Below are positions 1 to 12,670 of a stretch of DNA of 64,000 bases, in pieces. The notes under the pieces were generated by a model. The model made no database searches, was not told where the DNA came from, and was given only the letters and a program-made list of their open reading frames with translations. Source of the DNA: Felis catus (lineage: Eukaryota); contig NC_058368.1 of the NCBI RefSeq assembly GCF_018350175.1, positions 45,200,001 through 45,264,000 on the forward strand, read 5' to 3'. The first letter of the stretch is position 1; each line of letters starts with the position of its first letter. The translations under genes were made by a program, and so were the position numbers.

Positions 1-79
1 CCACAGAAGTTGAAAGAAGTAGAGAGCTGGTGTTCAGTTATAATCCTTTTCTTTTTAGAACACCTGGGCCTTCTTAATG

Positions 80-1219
80 AACAAACAATGCCCTCGTATG
101 TCTCCTAAAATGTTACAGAAACTTTGATTTCAATGGACTGCTGCATTGGCAGAAGTGACCAGATAGTTCTCATCATTATTTGATTGTCTTTCCCCTCATC
201 CCTAACTAGAAATCTAAGAAAAAGATTTTTTAGAATCCCAGATTCTATACCTGCAACAGAAAATACTTTTGGGTGGCTTTGAATATTTCCAACTCTCCAT
301 TCCTGAAGGTATTGCTCAGATTTTCTTTGAGTGAGGCAGAAGAATTACAATCAGTTGTTAGCACACGATAACAAGACATATTGTTCTATCATAACTCAGT
401 CTCAAAAAATAGACTAGAATCAATTATTCAAACTGAATTTGAAGCCCCAAAGTCAGAGGCAATGTCAATCTATATACCTTGATTATATAGGTCACACTTG
501 GAGCCTTCCAACAATTTTAGCGCTTTTTTTTCAAGGTTATCATGTGTACTCTTGGGACTTGTACTTTTTGTGGAAGGTAAGCATGAACTCATTACTAAAA
601 ACATAAGGACTTATACATTTGAGGAATTCATAAGAGACCGTCAAATATTTAAGTAAACATCTCCAATAAATCATGTGAATCTCAGATGGCATGGACATTT
701 CTCCTAAATGAGACAACCCTTGGCTGAATTTACTGGAGGATTAATTGAATCATTATTTTCATGCAGATTTTAGGCAGTTATTCCTAGAATGAATCTTGTG
801 AGAATATAAAATGTGTTGTAAAATGTGACCCTAACTCTACCTGAAAGATACTGATACTGCCTCAATCTTGGAGATCATTCCTGTCAGCTTCAACTCACTG
901 GTCAGGGTTATTATGGATGATAGAGTTGTCCTTAAATTTCTGTTTGGGGGCTAAGGTGTAGCCTATACAATTGCTAATAAATTCCTACCTTAACTGGACT
1001 AGTTCCTTGGGACAAGTAGAAAGGTCTGTACAGAAACTTAAGGAGAAAGCCACCTGGATTTCTCAGATTGCTCATGATGGTCTACTGGATGTATACAGCT
1101 GGTTGATTCTGAGACCCTGGAAAACATGGTTGAGGTCAATACTGGAGGTTAGCCTATTCCTACTATTTGGTATCCTGTTGATAGGAGTCTTGATTAAATG
1201 CTGTAGGAGACAAGTGTAA
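80..1219 (+). pseudogene. env: Decayed endogenous retroviral env (SU N-terminus to TM), class-I/gamma-type
   Basis: Hand translation: ~80-150 gives NNALV..NVTETLISMDCCIG (degenerate SU CWxC region). 871-985 gives EIIPVSFNSLVRVIMDDRVVLKFLFGG*GVAYTIANK (heptad plus immunosuppressive-domain-like). A frameshift then leads into ORF 971-1219 (SSLGQVERSVQKLKEKATWISQ...WLRSILEVSLFLLFGILLIGVLIKCC; ectodomain end plus TM anchor). Multiple stops and frameshifts. Confidence 0.8.
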
Positions 1220-1330
1220 TGGTTTTGTCCCAGCCTTTGTTAGTCAGTTAACCAGAGCAGCTAACACAGTGGCATGTTTATGTGAAAGTTCACCAGGAGT
1301 CAAGATGCTCTAGAAATGAGTGATTGAATA

Positions 1331-1790
1331 TTATTGGGAGATGGCTCTAGATAAGTTTTTCATATTTCTGTCTCATGAATAAGGAATGAACAGGGCTTCT
1401 GTCAGGATCATCTTTCCCTGAATGATTTTATAGCCAACAGTGTTGGAAATTAGAGATATGGTATCCTAAAAGAGCAAAGACCAGGCTTACTTCTAACCAA
1501 GGAATTTAGGTATTGGAGCAAAGCAGGTTTGCTTATTGTTCATTATAAAATATTTAGTTTTCCTAAGACCAAAATTTCTTCTACTTCAACACAACCCAAT
1601 GCATGTACAAGGGCCATCTGGCCTTTTTAGCATGTCCCAGTGAGAACTGAAGTTCAAGAAACCAGCACAAAATTACTGACTGACTACTACTAATGCTATG
1701 AGTATTAACATGCCCCTCATCTTTGCCCCATGAAGTTCAAGTCTTCAACTGACACCCATGAAACTGTGCCAGGCTATTTGTTAGTTTTCA
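1331..1790 (+). mobile_element. 3' LTR of the env-bearing ERV, MER68/MER76-like (ERVL class), extreme 3' end missing
   Basis: Starts t(a)ttgggaga just after env. Contains ggagcaaagcaggtttgcttattg and ends ...cccatgaaactgtgccaggctatttgttag, as in recalled MER68-type LTRs. Homologous to the reverse complement of 18733-19316. Confidence 0.7.
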
Positions 1791-2179
1791 CCTCAGTTAT
1801 AATTGCAGACTACTCACAGTTATTAATACAGCTCTATCATAGAATTATTTATATTATTGAAAAAAAGTGTTTTGTTCCCATTGAAATAGATACTCTCAGT
1901 TCCCATTTCCCTTTTATGTGTACAATGTTTCATCTAAATATGCTCTTCCTGGATTCAGAAATTGGTTTAGTTACCACTATGCTCTTCTAGAATTTCCTCC
2001 CTAGTTTAATTATGTAATGTATAATCATGTAATGTAAAATATTTGTAATAAATACCTTATTTCAGAGTGCATACATTTGCTTGATAGCTCATACACTAAC
2101 TGGAACTTTATGCAACATCCACCATCCATCAATCTTCCTGCTGAGTTTCCTCAGACATCAGGCTGCAATATAAGGTTAC

Positions 2180-2660
2180 CTTATGCTAAGCCTTGGAGGA
2201 TGAACTTTAACCAAATATTAACCAGGTATAAAAATACCTCTCTTCTTCGACTGTACTCGGATTGGGGTGGACATATGACTAAATTCTCATTAATTAGGTA
2301 GAGGGAGAAGTCGTTTGAGAGGTTACTGAGAAATATAATTTTCCTTAATACAAACAGAGAGGAAAGATCTTGTCTTTCCTCATGTCTTTCAATGACTTTC
2401 TAAAAACACATGATGCCTCAAGCTTTTGCATCCTTCTTGTGATGATGAGGATAAAAGAAGCCTGACGATGAAAATAAATATAGCAGAATTGGCTAAGTAG
2501 AAGAATTAAAAACCCAAGTCTTGGCAGTATTTTTGTGCTGCTATACCAATTCTGGATGGACTATTGTCTATCTGAAAATCTCTTATGTACATATAAAATA
2601 TTCTATTTAGGTTGTTGGTACACATTCTGTTACCTGGAAATTAAAATATCTCTAATAAGA
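2180..2660 (+). mobile_element. Old MaLR LTR (MLT1J/K-like)
   Basis: ggggtggacatatgactaaattct..., tgatgcctcaagcttttgcatccttcttgtgatgatgagg and terminal ttctgttacctggaaattaaaa resemble degenerate MLT1J/K. Confidence 0.5.
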
Positions 2661-2777
2661 AATATAAAGAAATAAGATCTAATTAGTAGTAGTAGTAGTA
2701 GTATCAATTTTCTCTACTTATGGTATTTTGCAGATGACCAGTGTGTGTCACTAACATTTGACTTCTGTTCACCTAAA

Positions 2778-2781
<4 letters not shown>

Positions 2782-2823
<42 letters not shown>
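2782..2823. repeat. (GT)n microsatellite
   Basis: Perfect GT run. Confidence 0.95.
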
Positions 2824-2825
<2 letters not shown>

Positions 2826-5067
2826 TAATGTGTGTACATATACATATCATAAAGGATTACAGAGTAGCAGTCTATCAATGTATCCCTCTATCTCATTCAA
2901 TATAAAGCTTTATATCAATATTATGATACTTAAAATTTAAGAATTTTTATTACAATTAAATCTTATTATGAATGTCCTTCATTAGCAGTGTTTTGGACAA
3001 TATATAGTGAAATACTGGCATGAGTTTGATTAGAATCTAACTCTGTGATCACAGTATTAGATAGCGTGCATTATCAAGAAGAGTGTGTCCCTATAGCCAA
3101 AGTGCTCTAAGGCCTTAAAAGGTCTAAAAAGTAACATTAAAACTTTTATGGAAATTGTCCTTTTCCATATATAAATTTAACACTAACAATTAAAATATAA
3201 AACATATTTTTCAGTTTGACAAATCATACTTCATTTTAATTTCACTTTTCCAGGTCTTAACATGATATAATATTAGCCAAAGTAAAATCATTTACCCCTT
3301 ACAGTAAGAGAATTTGTGTTTAGATCCAATTTGTTACTCCTGAATGTAAACTCTAATCTTTGTTTTGCCTCCATGGGTTATTTAGTGATATGCTTAAAAC
3401 ATTGCACTGTTATTTCCTTTTTTATATTGCATATATAAATGTTTATTAATAATTTTACTGTTATGAGCCAAAATATAATGCTCTACCTCTCTACATATCT
3501 AATGTTATGATTCTTGATTTTATTACTAAGCCATATTAATTAACTTATTAAATATTAATGATAGAAAAGTCATTTCAATAAAGAGCGAGCAGGGCTAACC
3601 CTGGATTACTTTGTTTTTTAGATACTATTTCAGAAAGATAAAGGTGTTGTCAATGTCATATGTTACTAATGTTACTAATGGAATGACAAATACGTAACTG
3701 AATCTGTTAAATTAGTGTTATTAAAAGGCATTTCTATTCACAAATTATCTAATATGGACCAGAAGGTTTTTGCTACCATTTAGATAAAACAACTTCTTAT
3801 TTTTGAAGCCCTGGGAATAATGTTATTTTAATGCTATTTCAAGGCAGTGGGGAGCAGTATCACTTTGAAATTTAATCATCAGTTGCCTTGATGTCATCCA
3901 GTGTGGAAATGTGTGACCAGTAAATTTGTGTCTTATTTTCTTCCCTTGAAAAGGGCTCTGAAGACCTCTTGATAGATTGATCTGACCTTGACTCACACTG
4001 GTCTTATGGAAAATGCTACATGTTGTTTTCCTTGTTGATCTGTGAAATGCTCCAGCAACAGATAGCATTATTTTGTCTCTTCTTTGAAGGCCCCTTTAGC
4101 CAGTTTATCAGCCTCAGCTGATTATCTCCTGACTTGTCTAAGAGATTCCTGAATCCCCTCCATGACACAAAAAAAGCTGTAAAGGGAGTTTAGATGGTAC
4201 CTACGGCTTTTTTTTTTTTTTTCTAGAACACCAAGTTGCTAGTTTTATTCCCCTGAATCTGTTGCTTGTAGTACTGGGTGATGGTGCTTAGTTGTTGCCC
4301 TCAGCCACTGCAATCTACCAAAATTCCTGATGGGGACCATAAACTTCCTTTTGCCTACTTCTTTTTCTCATATTCTCCCAGCGGTAGGTTTTATTTCTCT
4401 GTGCCTGAACATTTACATCCTATTCTCCTCCCGAGAGAATATCGTCTGAGTGCCTAGTTATTATAATTGAAGAATATGCCCTTTTCTAGAAAACAAAACA
4501 AACACTTGCTTTGAGCTATTGAATCTTAGTACTTAACATAAGAATTTTAAAAAGCTACAAAATTGAGACAAAAATATAATATTAATATTTAGAAAAATAA
4601 TCCCTATTACCCAATATTTAGTGTTATGATCAAAACCATGTCCCAGATAATTGAGATTTGAGAGACAATCATATCTCCATTACAAACAAAACAGGGAGCT
4701 TATGGACTCTTACATTAACAAGGCTGTAGATAAAAAGAAAACACCAAAAACAAACAAACAAAAAAAAACACCAAAAAACTTACTGTCCTGGATAATGAAC
4801 ATTTTATTAACCTAAAGAGCCATAAATTCAGAGTAAGAGTTTACCAAAAATGTAAATCACTTAATGTAAAAGACAGTGGAAAATCAAAACAATGATTAAT
4901 GAACAAGTAAGTACTGGATTAACAAGGAATTGATATTTAAATCTGTGTAATTATTATATATTCATAAAAAGAAGTACAGTACAGCCAAAAGTATGTACTG
5001 TATAAATATTGATCACATAAATTAATATATAAAGTATATACTAGTGATATGATATATATGAAATAAT

Positions 5068-5291
5068 GTATATTTTAAATTTTTTTAATGTTTATGTATT
5101 TTTGAGAGAGATAGAGAGACAGAGCATGAGCAGGGAAGGGGTAGAGAGAGAGGGAGACACAGAATCTGAAGCAGGCTCCAGGCTCTGAGCTGTCAGCACA
5201 GAGCCCTACATGGGGCTCGAACTCACAAGCCGGGAGATCATGACCTGAGCTAAAGTCAGATGCTTAACTGACTGAGTCACCCAGGTGCCCC
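5068..5291 (-). mobile_element. CanSINE (SINEC_Fc-type)
   Basis: Reverse complement of ggggcacctgggtg...gagttcgagcccc...(CT)n-polyA; TSD tatatgaaataat at 5055-5067 and 5292-5304. Confidence 0.95.
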
Positions 5292-5438
5292 TATATGAAA
5301 TAATATTAATCAAAATGCACCCATATGGGCATTTTATTGTCTCAAAATATGTTCTATCATGTATGCTTCCAAAAATGATTTAGTGAACACTAACTGAAAT
5401 TTAAAAATCCCAAATAGTCGATTAAAATGTGGTTATCT

Positions 5439-5598
5439 GATAGAGAACACACTGAGGGATACTGGAGGGGATGTGGGCAGGGAAATGGGTTAAATAGGTG
5501 ATGGGTATTTAGGAGGGCACTTGTGGTGATGAGCATTGGTGTTTTATGTAAATGATGAATCACTAAATTCTATACCCAAAAATAAATAACATAACATA
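5439..5598 (+). mobile_element. 5'-truncated carnivore L1 3' end
   Basis: gagaacacactgaggg...ggtgatgggtatttaggagggcacttgtggtgatgagcattggtgtt...gaatcactaaattct plus A-rich tail; flanked by aatgtggttatc / aatgtagttatc. Confidence 0.85.
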
Positions 5599-7258
5599 AT
5601 AATGTAGTTATCCGGATTTAAAAAGGAAAAGTAAGCTTAAATTGGGAAAAGGTATTAGATTGTCTTCAGTTCTCAGGCAGGTATCATGACACCTGGTCCT
5701 ACATAATAAACCTACTGCTACCCTCCAATTCCAATCACATGGCTAACAGTATAGATTTCCTACAGATTGCAATTCTCATTCCAGTGTTCACTGGAGTAAT
5801 GCCATTCTATGAAGAATGTACCTTAACATAGCAGTAGAGTTTCTTTTGAATAGTAACCAAACTGACTTGAGGGGTTTTTTGTTTTGTTTTGTTTTGTCTG
5901 TCTCTTAAAAATTTGTAGACACAAAAGTAATCATACGCTTGTATTTCAGCTGATTCAGTTAAAAGAAAAATGTTCCACATGAAACATTTATTTTCAATTG
6001 GAAGCCATAAAGTATCCATTTGTTTTATTGTGCTATAGAACTAATACAACATGAAGTTTCACAGCAGATAAAGATAGATGAGCGAAGGTGCAAGCCCACT
6101 AAGAAAGTTATGTTGACAGATTGATACAAAAGTATCATATATTGTGGTTGACAAATGGGTCCTATAACTGTGTTTTTACAAAGTAGGCTTGATTTCTCAT
6201 CTACCCATTTTCCAAATGTGATTGTAAAAGGCCATACTCAATCTTCATAGATAAATAGTATGTATAAAAGCGTCACTAAAGTAAAATCACATGAGAACTG
6301 CAATGTTTATTCTACACATAGCTTTATGTGAATGACATTGTTAGTTAAAAGCAAGTTACTCTACAATCTCCCCATACATCTGTTCCCTTAGAAGATATTA
6401 GGACATATGCAAATGTATTTACACCTCCTTTGACCATGATAACTTCAATGTCAGTAAATATGAACTGTCAGTCAACTTCTGGAATAGGAACCAGGTTATG
6501 AATAGAAATAGAAAATAAGGTATAAAGCTAAGAAAGAGAAGATTTTTTTTCTACTTAAGTTTAGGAAGACAAATAAGGTTTATTAAGGATTAAGATCCAT
6601 ATAGAAAATGATATTAATATTCATAATATTCAATAAAAAATATATAGTAGACAAGCAACTTACTGACACTGAAAGATAATTATCAAAATTTTAGAGGTAA
6701 GATATAATAAGGAAAGGAGGATTAGAAAATAAATAATTTACAAGGTAAGATGATAATGATAATAGAGAACTCTGGCAGGAGAACTGAGGCCCATGGAAGG
6801 TTAAGTTTTTGCTGTATTATTTTTATTTAATGTTATTGAAGTAAATATTATGCTGTCAATGCACATTGCATTTCAGCAAAACAACAGTATACATTATATT
6901 TAATTAACATTGTAAATGAAAATGTTATAAACTTAAAGGTATGTTTATATTTAAGGTATACATTTCTTTGTAATTTTAAGTTAACATCATGATAAAAGAG
7001 ATCATTAGTAATCCCCGGATATCCATTTAATTGGATGTTTGAGACTTGATCACAATGACCAGAACATAACAACAAAGTAGGGTTTCCGGCCCAAAATCTT
7101 GCCAACAAAACCATATTATTGAGTAAAATCCATATATTTAAGGAAAACATGTTAAAAATAAAATTGCTTTTCATTCAAGTAACCTTAGCTATATATATAT
7201 ATATAATAAACTTTATAACCTATAATTGCACAAAATTCAACTCTAAAAGTAAAGAATA

Positions 7259-7454
7259 GGGGAGCCTGGGTGGCTAGGTCAGTTAAGCATGCGACCTCAG
7301 CTCAAGTCACGATATCATGGTTTGCGAGTTCGAGTCCCACATTGGGCTCTGCACAGTCAGTGCAGAGCCTACTTGGGATTCTCTTGCCCCCTCTCTCTCT
7401 GCCCCTCCCCGAGTAGCACTCTCTATCTCAAAATAAATAAAACTTAAAAAAAAG
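7259..7454 (+). mobile_element. CanSINE
   Basis: ggggagcctgggtggct..., B box gagttcgagtccc, CT tract, aataaa and A tail; TSD agtaaagaata. Confidence 0.93.
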
Positions 7455-7966
7455 AGTAAAGAATAATAGAAGGAAAGCTGTGTTGGCTTCATTATTTTTA
7501 CAACTCAATCTTGCACTGAAAGATGACAATTCTACAAAAAAAATCACAATTACTAATCTTAATATTTTACGCTATCTGGGCCAAGTGATGTATTCATATC
7601 AGTGTCCTCCATGCCAGACACAAACCACCAAGAGGAAGTTGTCCAGAGAGACACAAGTTTGGAAACCACATGTTAGAGAGCTCTTATAGATTTCAAAATG
7701 AAGGAGACATTCTGTTTTTGTTTTGTTTGTTTTGTTTTTAATACCGCAAGAGCTATTGCACTTTTAACGAGAGCTTCACTGTGAAAATGAGGCCAACAAT
7801 TCGGAGCTAGAAGGAAGCAGAAAGTGAAGAAATTGTTAAGGAACTAAAATTTTGGTGCAGTGGCATGTGTCCCACTGACTGATTCAAACACAGCTATGCT
7901 GCCCCGACTCAGACTCCATGGGAGTAGAACTTTCAATACAAAAAAAGCATGTTAACTAACTGGAAT

Positions 7967-8014
7967 TTATTTGTTTTTTTAATATATATTTATTTTTGAG
8001 AGAGTGGGAGAGAA

Positions 8015-8068
<54 letters not shown>

Positions 8069-8252
8069 AGAGTGTGTGCAGGAGAGGGGCAGAGAGAGAG
8101 AGGAGACACCGAATCCAAATCCGAATCCAAAGCAGGCTCCAGGTTCTGAGCTGTCAGCACAGAGCCCGACTCGGGGCTTGAACTCACTGATCACAAAACT
8201 ATGAACGGAGCCGAAGTCAGATGCTTAACCAACTGGGCCACCCAGGCGCCCC
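7967..8252 (-). mobile_element. CanSINE with expanded (AG)n tract
   Basis: Ends ccacccaggcgcccc; gcaggctccaggttctgagctgtcagcacagagcccgac core; long (GA)n. Confidence 0.95.
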
Positions 8253-8912
8253 AAATTTAAACAAAAACTTAGAATAAAGAAGTACCTTGAACTGAATGTT
8301 CTTAAAGACTTCTAAAGTTGTACCCATTGAATTTCTCTATGGAAAGTGCTGCTGCACATCTAAGCATCTAAGGGGAAGAGAAATAACAACTCAGTTAAAC
8401 GATTGGCAAAGTCATAGTGTGAATGAATAAAATGAGGTTAAAATCCTTGTCTTTGAACATTAACTCAGTTGGAATATTACTGGCATGTCAAAATCTAAGG
8501 ACCAGTTAATTCTACAGCTTCTGTGAATTAAATTAATAATTAATAATTAAATAAAAATAATTGAATTATTTTTAAACAGCAGTCACTGCTTACCCAAATT
8601 CTTGCAGCTTTTCTAACTTTCTCTTCCAAAAGGACTGCATCCTTTAGTCATTTTATCATTTATGTGTCCTTGATACACTTTATCATTATTTTGTAATTTT
8701 TAAGTCCAAGTGTTGATTTTTTCATGGCCCAACTTTTTCTTTTTGCACTTTTATTGTTCTATGTGCTATGGCGAGCTCACAGTTTATTTCACTTTGAAAG
8801 TCATCGCTAATATTTTTCCTTCAAATCCATTAATATTTAATATCATTAACTTTGCTTGAAGGCCACTGAACTATCCAATAATTTGAGGAGGTTTAAAATG
8901 TATATATACATA

Positions 8913-9144
8913 GGATCACCTGGGTGGCTTAGTGGGTTAAAGGTCCGACTTCAGGTGAGGTCATGATCTCATGGTTTATGGGATCTCATGGGTTTATGAG
9001 TCCCATGTTGGACTCTGTGCTGATGGCTCAGAGCCTGGACCCTGCTTTGGATTCTGTGTCTCCCTCTCTCTCTACCCTTCCCCACTCATGCTCTGTCTCT
9101 ATTTCTCAAAAATAAACTTAAAAATATTTAAAAATTTTTAAAAA
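8913..9144 (+). mobile_element. CanSINE
   Basis: ggatcacctgggtggcttagtgggttaa...ctcagagcctgga...tctgtgtctccctctctct...aaaataaac; degenerate TSD aaa(a/t)gtatatat.cata. Confidence 0.92.
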
Positions 9145-9673
9145 GTATATATGCATATGTATAAATATATAGAAATTAATTAAAAATATATAATTATATA
9201 AATATATATTTATAAATACATATATATGTATTAATATTTATTTAATATTTATACATATATATGCATTTGATATATATTAAATATGCATTTAATATATATA
9301 TTTATATAACCTCAGACTACTGGAATAATATGTGTTTGTGAAAATAATAATATTTAAGTAGCAAGATTTAAAATATCATTGCATAATGGAAGCAAAATAT
9401 CATAAAAAATATTTGTGTTTGAACTCTACTTACTTGAGGTAAACTTATGTAGCAGGTTGACTATTCTCAACTCCACATCATCCCCATCCACACCATGTCC
9501 TAGAGGGAAACCTAAAACTCCTTTCCCAATAAGAGTAAGAGAAGCCATTGTTCTCTGTTAGCAGCTGTGGGCAGTCAGCTGAGATCAGTGGCTTCCTCTG
9601 GCTTTGGGGTCCATTCATATATTATACACAGCACAGCCACAGGCAGCTGGGATGACCTATGATAGTGTCCAGG

Positions 9674-9861
9674 TAAGATTGTTAGATTTAGCAAATAAAA
9701 TATAAAACACTGAGTTAACTTTGACTTTCAGAGAAGCAAAGAATAGTTTTTAGCATAAATATATTTTATGTCATATTTGGGATATAGTTGTCTTATAAAA
9801 AAGTTTGTATATCTGAAATTCAAGTTTAACTCAGCATCCTATGTTTTATTTAGCAACCATA
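9674..9861. mobile_element. MER53 palindromic MITE (hAT-related)
   Basis: taagattgttagatttagcaaataaaatata...ctgaaattcaagtttaactcagcatcctatgttttatttagcaaccata matches recalled MER53; arms are mutually complementary; 8-bp TSD tgtccagg / cttccagg. Confidence 0.85.
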
Positions 9862-10229
9862 CTTCCAGGGGGTCTGGGTATACTCCTGTAAATTATTTAT
9901 TTTGGTTCCAAGAGGCAGCTTAGATCACTGGTACCTGCTTCCCTCAATCCCTAGGTCCTTCCTCTTCCACGTTTCCAGTCGACAGTTTTCTCGAGCTTCT
10001 TTCCCTAGTCCTTCTAACTGTTGTGTAAGTCTATAACTATTTGTGATAAACTGGTAAACTTCTTCCTGTTCAAAACACTCCAATATGTTCTGCTTTTTAA
10101 CCAAATTCAGGGGAGACATTACTTCATAAACAGATAATCTTCTAAATATATATTTATATGACATATTTATATTTTATATCATATATCTCTATATAAATGC
10201 ATACACAAAATAAAATATATTAACTAATT

Positions 10230-10285
10230 TATTAATTAATTTATTTATTTTAATTTAGAGAGAGTGCAAGCCAGGGAGAGGGCCA

Positions 10286-10337
<52 letters not shown>

Positions 10338-10459
10338 CTTAAGCAGCCTCCATGCTCAGCTGGAGCCCGACACAATGCTCAATCCCATGACCCTGGGATC
10401 ATAACCTGAGCTGAAATCAAGAGTAGGGCGGTCAACCAACGAAGCCACCCATGTGCCCC
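10230..10459 (-). mobile_element. CanSINE (different subfamily: aatcttaagcag...accctgggatc)
   Basis: Ends gaagccacccatgtgcccc; (GA)n tract; T-rich tail. Confidence 0.9.
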
Positions 10460-11184
10460 AGAGAAGACATGAATTTAGATGTTGCTTATGGGTCATTTGT
10501 TTTTCAGAATTGCCCTTATTTTTACGTTGCTTATATGTTACTAAAACACACCAAAATATCCTTAAATGTGTGCCTTGGAGGTATGTAGACTCTTGTGTCC
10601 TTTGTTGATTTTCCTGTCTGTTGGAACAATTTTGATTATTTGATTTAGATAGTCTGCAAGGTCTCATCTTTCCTTTCTCTTTTTCAGCTCCCCAGTGAAT
10701 GATATTCAGTCTCAAAGGATTTTATAGGAAGAAACAGAGGACAAAAGATCTTCACAGTACATTGCATTATGCTTTTATAGATCCCATACTGACAGTTAAA
10801 TGCCACCATAGAGAAATTCCCAATAAAGGTATGAACTTGTTAGGCTAATTAAAATCAATGGATCACAATATGAAACGTAATTATTGGTTGATGTTTGAAA
10901 AAGGAAGTTATCTCTATAAAAGTAATGCTTAATGGAATTAACTCCTCTCTCCAAATGTGATTGGGCTTTTTTCTTATCAAATGTTTTAAATAAAGACAAT
11001 ACAGTGTGTGCATTGTTCATATAACTGCACTGGAACAAAAATACAAATAATTGAAAAAATTACTTTTTTTTCAAGCAAATGACAGTCCTGGATGTAATCT
11101 AAAATAGTATGAGAGCTGTAGTAATGTATGGTGTTCTGCAGATGTTTTGGAATCTGCTCTTTTTTTAATGTCATTCTGCTCTCT

Positions 11185-11330
11185 TGGTTCTATCACTGGT
11201 AGTTGAGTGATTTTGAGCATTTCTGAACCTCATGTTCTTTCTCTGCAAAATAAATATAATAGTACTTATATCTCAGTGTTTATGGGAGCTTTAAATGAAA
11301 TTATAATTATATGTAGGTATACAGTGTCTA
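11185..11330 (+). mobile_element. MIR fragment
   Basis: ttctgaacctcatgttctttctctgcaaaat...aatagtacttatatctcagtgtttatgggagctttaaatgaaa resembles MIR core. Confidence 0.55.
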
Positions 11331-11557
11331 AAGGATAGAGTTGCTTTTGTTGTTGTTGTTGTAACTGGTAGCAGTTGGCCTCATGTATCTTTATTATTAT
11401 CATTTACTGGTGGGAGAACCTGTTAGCCAAACTACACTGTGACCAAAATAACCAAATGATAATGTAGTCACATCCATCTTTCTACTGTATCTCTGAATAT
11501 CTGTCCACTCTACTGAGATTCTGTAGAATCCTACATTCAAAAGTACTTCAGTGTCTT

Positions 11558-12441
11558 CTTTAATTGAAATATACAATGTTATCTTAGTCTCAGGTGTGTA
11601 ACATATTGATTCAACAACTGTTTACATTACTTAATGTTCACCATGGTAAGTACAGTCACCATCTGTCCCCATACAACATTACTACAATGTTATTGACTAT
11701 GCGAAAAGTGCTGTACTTTTCATCTCTGTTACTTATAGATTTTATAATTGGAAGTTTGTGCCTCATAAGCTCTTTTATTTCACCCATCCATCCACCCACC
11801 TCCCTTCTTGAAACCTGCAGTTTGTTCTCTGCATTTAAGAGTGCTTTCTTGTTTGGTCACTTTGTTTTTCAGATTCCACATAAAATTGAAATCATATGGT
11901 ATTTTCTCTTTCTCTATGTAACTTATTTCGCTCAGCATAAAACCCTTAGACCCGTCCATGTGGTCACAAGGAAGACACACAGATGGCCAACATACATATG
12001 AAAAGATAATCAACATTACTAGTCTTCAGGGAAATACAAATGAAATGAGAGGTCACCTTACACCTGTCAGAATGGCTAGAATCAAAAAGACAAGAAATAA
12101 CAAGCATTGGTGAGACTGTGGAGAAAAAGGAACCATGCTGCACTGTTGGTGAGAATGTAAATTGGTACAGCCACTGCGGAAAACAGTGCAGAGGTCCCCC
12201 AGAATCTTAAAAATAGATTTACCATGTGATCCAGTCATTCCACCACTGGGCATTTACTCAAAGAAAATGAAAACACTAATTCAAAAAGGCACATGCATCC
12301 TTATGTTTATTGCAGCATCACTTATGATAGCCACAATAGGGAAGCAGCCCAAATGTCTATTGATAGGTGAATGGAAAAAGATGTAATGTGTATATTACTA
12401 CATATATGGTAGACTACTACTCAGCCATGAAAAGAATGAGA
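11558..12441 (-). mobile_element. 5'-inverted (twin-priming) L1 insertion: 3' end on - (11558-11969), inverted ORF2 C-terminal piece on + (11970-12441)
   Basis: L1 3'UTR antisense up to ...catgtggtcacaa, then an abrupt switch to sense ORF2 (gaagacacacagatggccaac...tactcagccatgaaaagaatgaga); degenerate TSD acttcagtgtctt / atttcaatgtatt. Confidence 0.85.
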
Positions 12442-12457
12442 ACTTCAATATATGTAA

Positions 12458-12670
12458 AATTTTTTTGTTTACTTATTTGTTTGGAGAGCGGGGAGAGAGA
12501 GAGAGAAAGAGAGAATATGAGTTGTGGAAGGGCAGAGAGAGAATTCCAAGCAGGCTCAACGCTGCCAGCACAGAGCCTGATGCGAGGCTTGAACGCACAA
12601 ACTGCGAGATCATGATCTAAGCTGAAATGGAGAGTCAGTCACTTAAATGACTGAGGCACCAAGGTGCCCC
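12458..12670 (-). mobile_element. CanSINE inserted at the right edge of the inverted L1
   Basis: Ends gaggcaccaaggtgcccc; TSD gagaacttcaat (12438) / gagaatttcaat (12671). Confidence 0.92.

Noticed and set aside
971..1219. 82-aa TM-like ORF as a functional syncytin or captured env gene
   Set aside because: Starts at TTG; the upstream env has stops and frameshifts; the CX6CC cysteines are lost
3780..4450. Unique non-repeat stretch as a conserved regulatory element
   Set aside because: No motif or conservation evidence obtainable from the sequence alone
7259..7340. tRNA gene (A/B boxes)
   Set aside because: This is the tRNA-derived head of a CanSINE, followed by a CT tract and poly(A); the same applies to all the SINE heads
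7979..8204. ORFs with ERERER/SLSLSL, and similar ones at 25090-25621, 38331-38623 and 54709-55016
   Set aside because: Translations of (GA)n, (CA)n and (GGAA)n microsatellites and SINE bodies
9145..9310. AT-rich quasi-palindromic tract
   Set aside because: Low-complexity (TA)-rich decay next to a SINE tail; self-complementarity is trivial
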